DNA of 33,044 nt from positions 1 to 33,044 of the IMG/VR virus record IMGVR_UViG_3300033067_000132; one strand, given 5' to 3'. The notes below the pieces were generated by a model. The model saw nothing but the letters and a program-made list of their open reading frames with translations. It was not told the origin of the DNA and made no database searches. This DNA comes from a virus. Lineage: Duplodnaviria > Caudoviricetes. Of this stretch, positions 32,446 through 33,044 are shown piece by piece. The position numbers were made by a program, and so were the translations under genes. Within the stretch, counting starts at the first letter, position 1, and every line of letters starts with the position of its first letter.

Positions 32446-33044
32446 GTGTTCTTCTCCTTGAGTTTGGCTTCAATGGCTCGGGCAAATGTATATAGCCGTG
32501 TGCCATAGGCGTTAACACCTTCAAGGATTGCGCCTATCTCCTCATCCGTCAGCGGCTTGCGCTGTGGTGGGGTGGTGTAGAGCTTGGCGTCTTGCGGGAT
32601 TGCAACAGGGCCAAGTACGGTCGTTACATGCACGCCATTCTCATTCACGTAAGCAGACCCAAAGTGAGCCACAGGCTCCTGCTCTGGCTGTAATGCTTTT
32701 GGTGATGTCGGCGACATTGATGTCGTCGAGTTAGGCTCTTGCTCTGGCTCTTTTGATTGAATTGAACCGTAAGGGCCACATAGCGCATATACAGCGTTTT
32801 GCACCAGCGCATCAGGGTCAAAGTCATTTTCTTTACCACAATTGGTTGCACCACGGATTGCGTAACGGACAGCAGACACAACAGCATCACAAAGTGCATG
32901 AGTCAGGATTGGCTTGCCAAGTTCGTTTGGTTCATCTGCCCCACACTCATACTGGCGTTCTGCGTACAGCCAATGGTCTTTTGGAAGCGGATATGACATA
33001 ACTGCAAACGCACTACCATCAGGCAAAACAGTTACAGGCTCCTG
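32442..33044 (-). CDS. Modular PEQEP-linker phage protein, partial (enters from right edge)
   Basis: Frame is open from 33044 (QEPVTVLPDGSAF...). It has two further PEQEP linkers and ends LYTTPPQRKPLTDEEI...FARAIEAKLKEKNT. Confidence 0.8.
   Translation of the reverse strand, partial: QEPVTVLPDGSAFAVMSYPLPKDHWLYAERQYECGADEPNELGKPILTHALCDAVVSAVRYAIRGATNCGKENDFDPDALVQNAVYALCGPYGSIQSKEPEQEPNSTTSMSPTSPKALQPEQEPVAHFGSAYVNENGVHVTTVLGPVAIPQDAKLYTTPPQRKPLTDEEIGAILEGVNAYGTRLYTFARAIEAKLKEKNT
32672..33044 (-). repeat. PEQEP-linker repeat copies at 32672-32690, 32733-32749 and truncated 33034-33044
   Basis: Plus strand CAGGCTCCTGCTCTGGCTG, AGGCTCTTGCTCTGGCT and ACAGGCTCCTG (at the window edge). Confidence 0.8.

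Noticed and set aside
1-33044. Exact circular closure or terminal direct repeat
   Set aside because: The ends share no overlap, and direct joining shifts the frame by 1 nt and meets a stop.

Overview
The window looks like a nearly complete ~33 kb tailed-phage genome with a P22-like podovirus virion module and a lambdoid-type early region. A freshwater betaproteobacterial host is my inference from the protein families. The minus strand carries replication and nin-like genes (Cro-like HTH, MazG-like, DUF1376/O-like initiator, P-like, C5 DNA methyltransferase, VRR-NUC, NinB, DUF1364). These are followed by the late genes: terminase, portal, scaffold, capsid, adaptor/nozzle, three ejection proteins, a segmented tail fibre and a large lysis cassette with GH19 endolysin and nested Rz/Rz1. 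A short plus-strand early operon (4562-7849) encodes an ERF recombinase, a YqaJ-type exonuclease, an SSB-like protein and many microproteins. I see no integrase, CI repressor, polymerase, tRNA or CRISPR. Most unusual signals: (1) ORFs at both window ends are built from modules joined by a repeated 16-19 bp in-frame linker encoding PEQEP; (2) a 478-aa protein with two tandem ADP-ribosyltransferase-like domains precedes the terminase; (3) three intergenic multi-stem RNA-like elements, two starting at predicted transcription starts; (4) terminator/extended -10 promoter fusions and leaderless genes; (5) strong GATC avoidance except in one tail-fibre tip. All family assignments and RNA folds were made by eye; no searches or folding programs were run.
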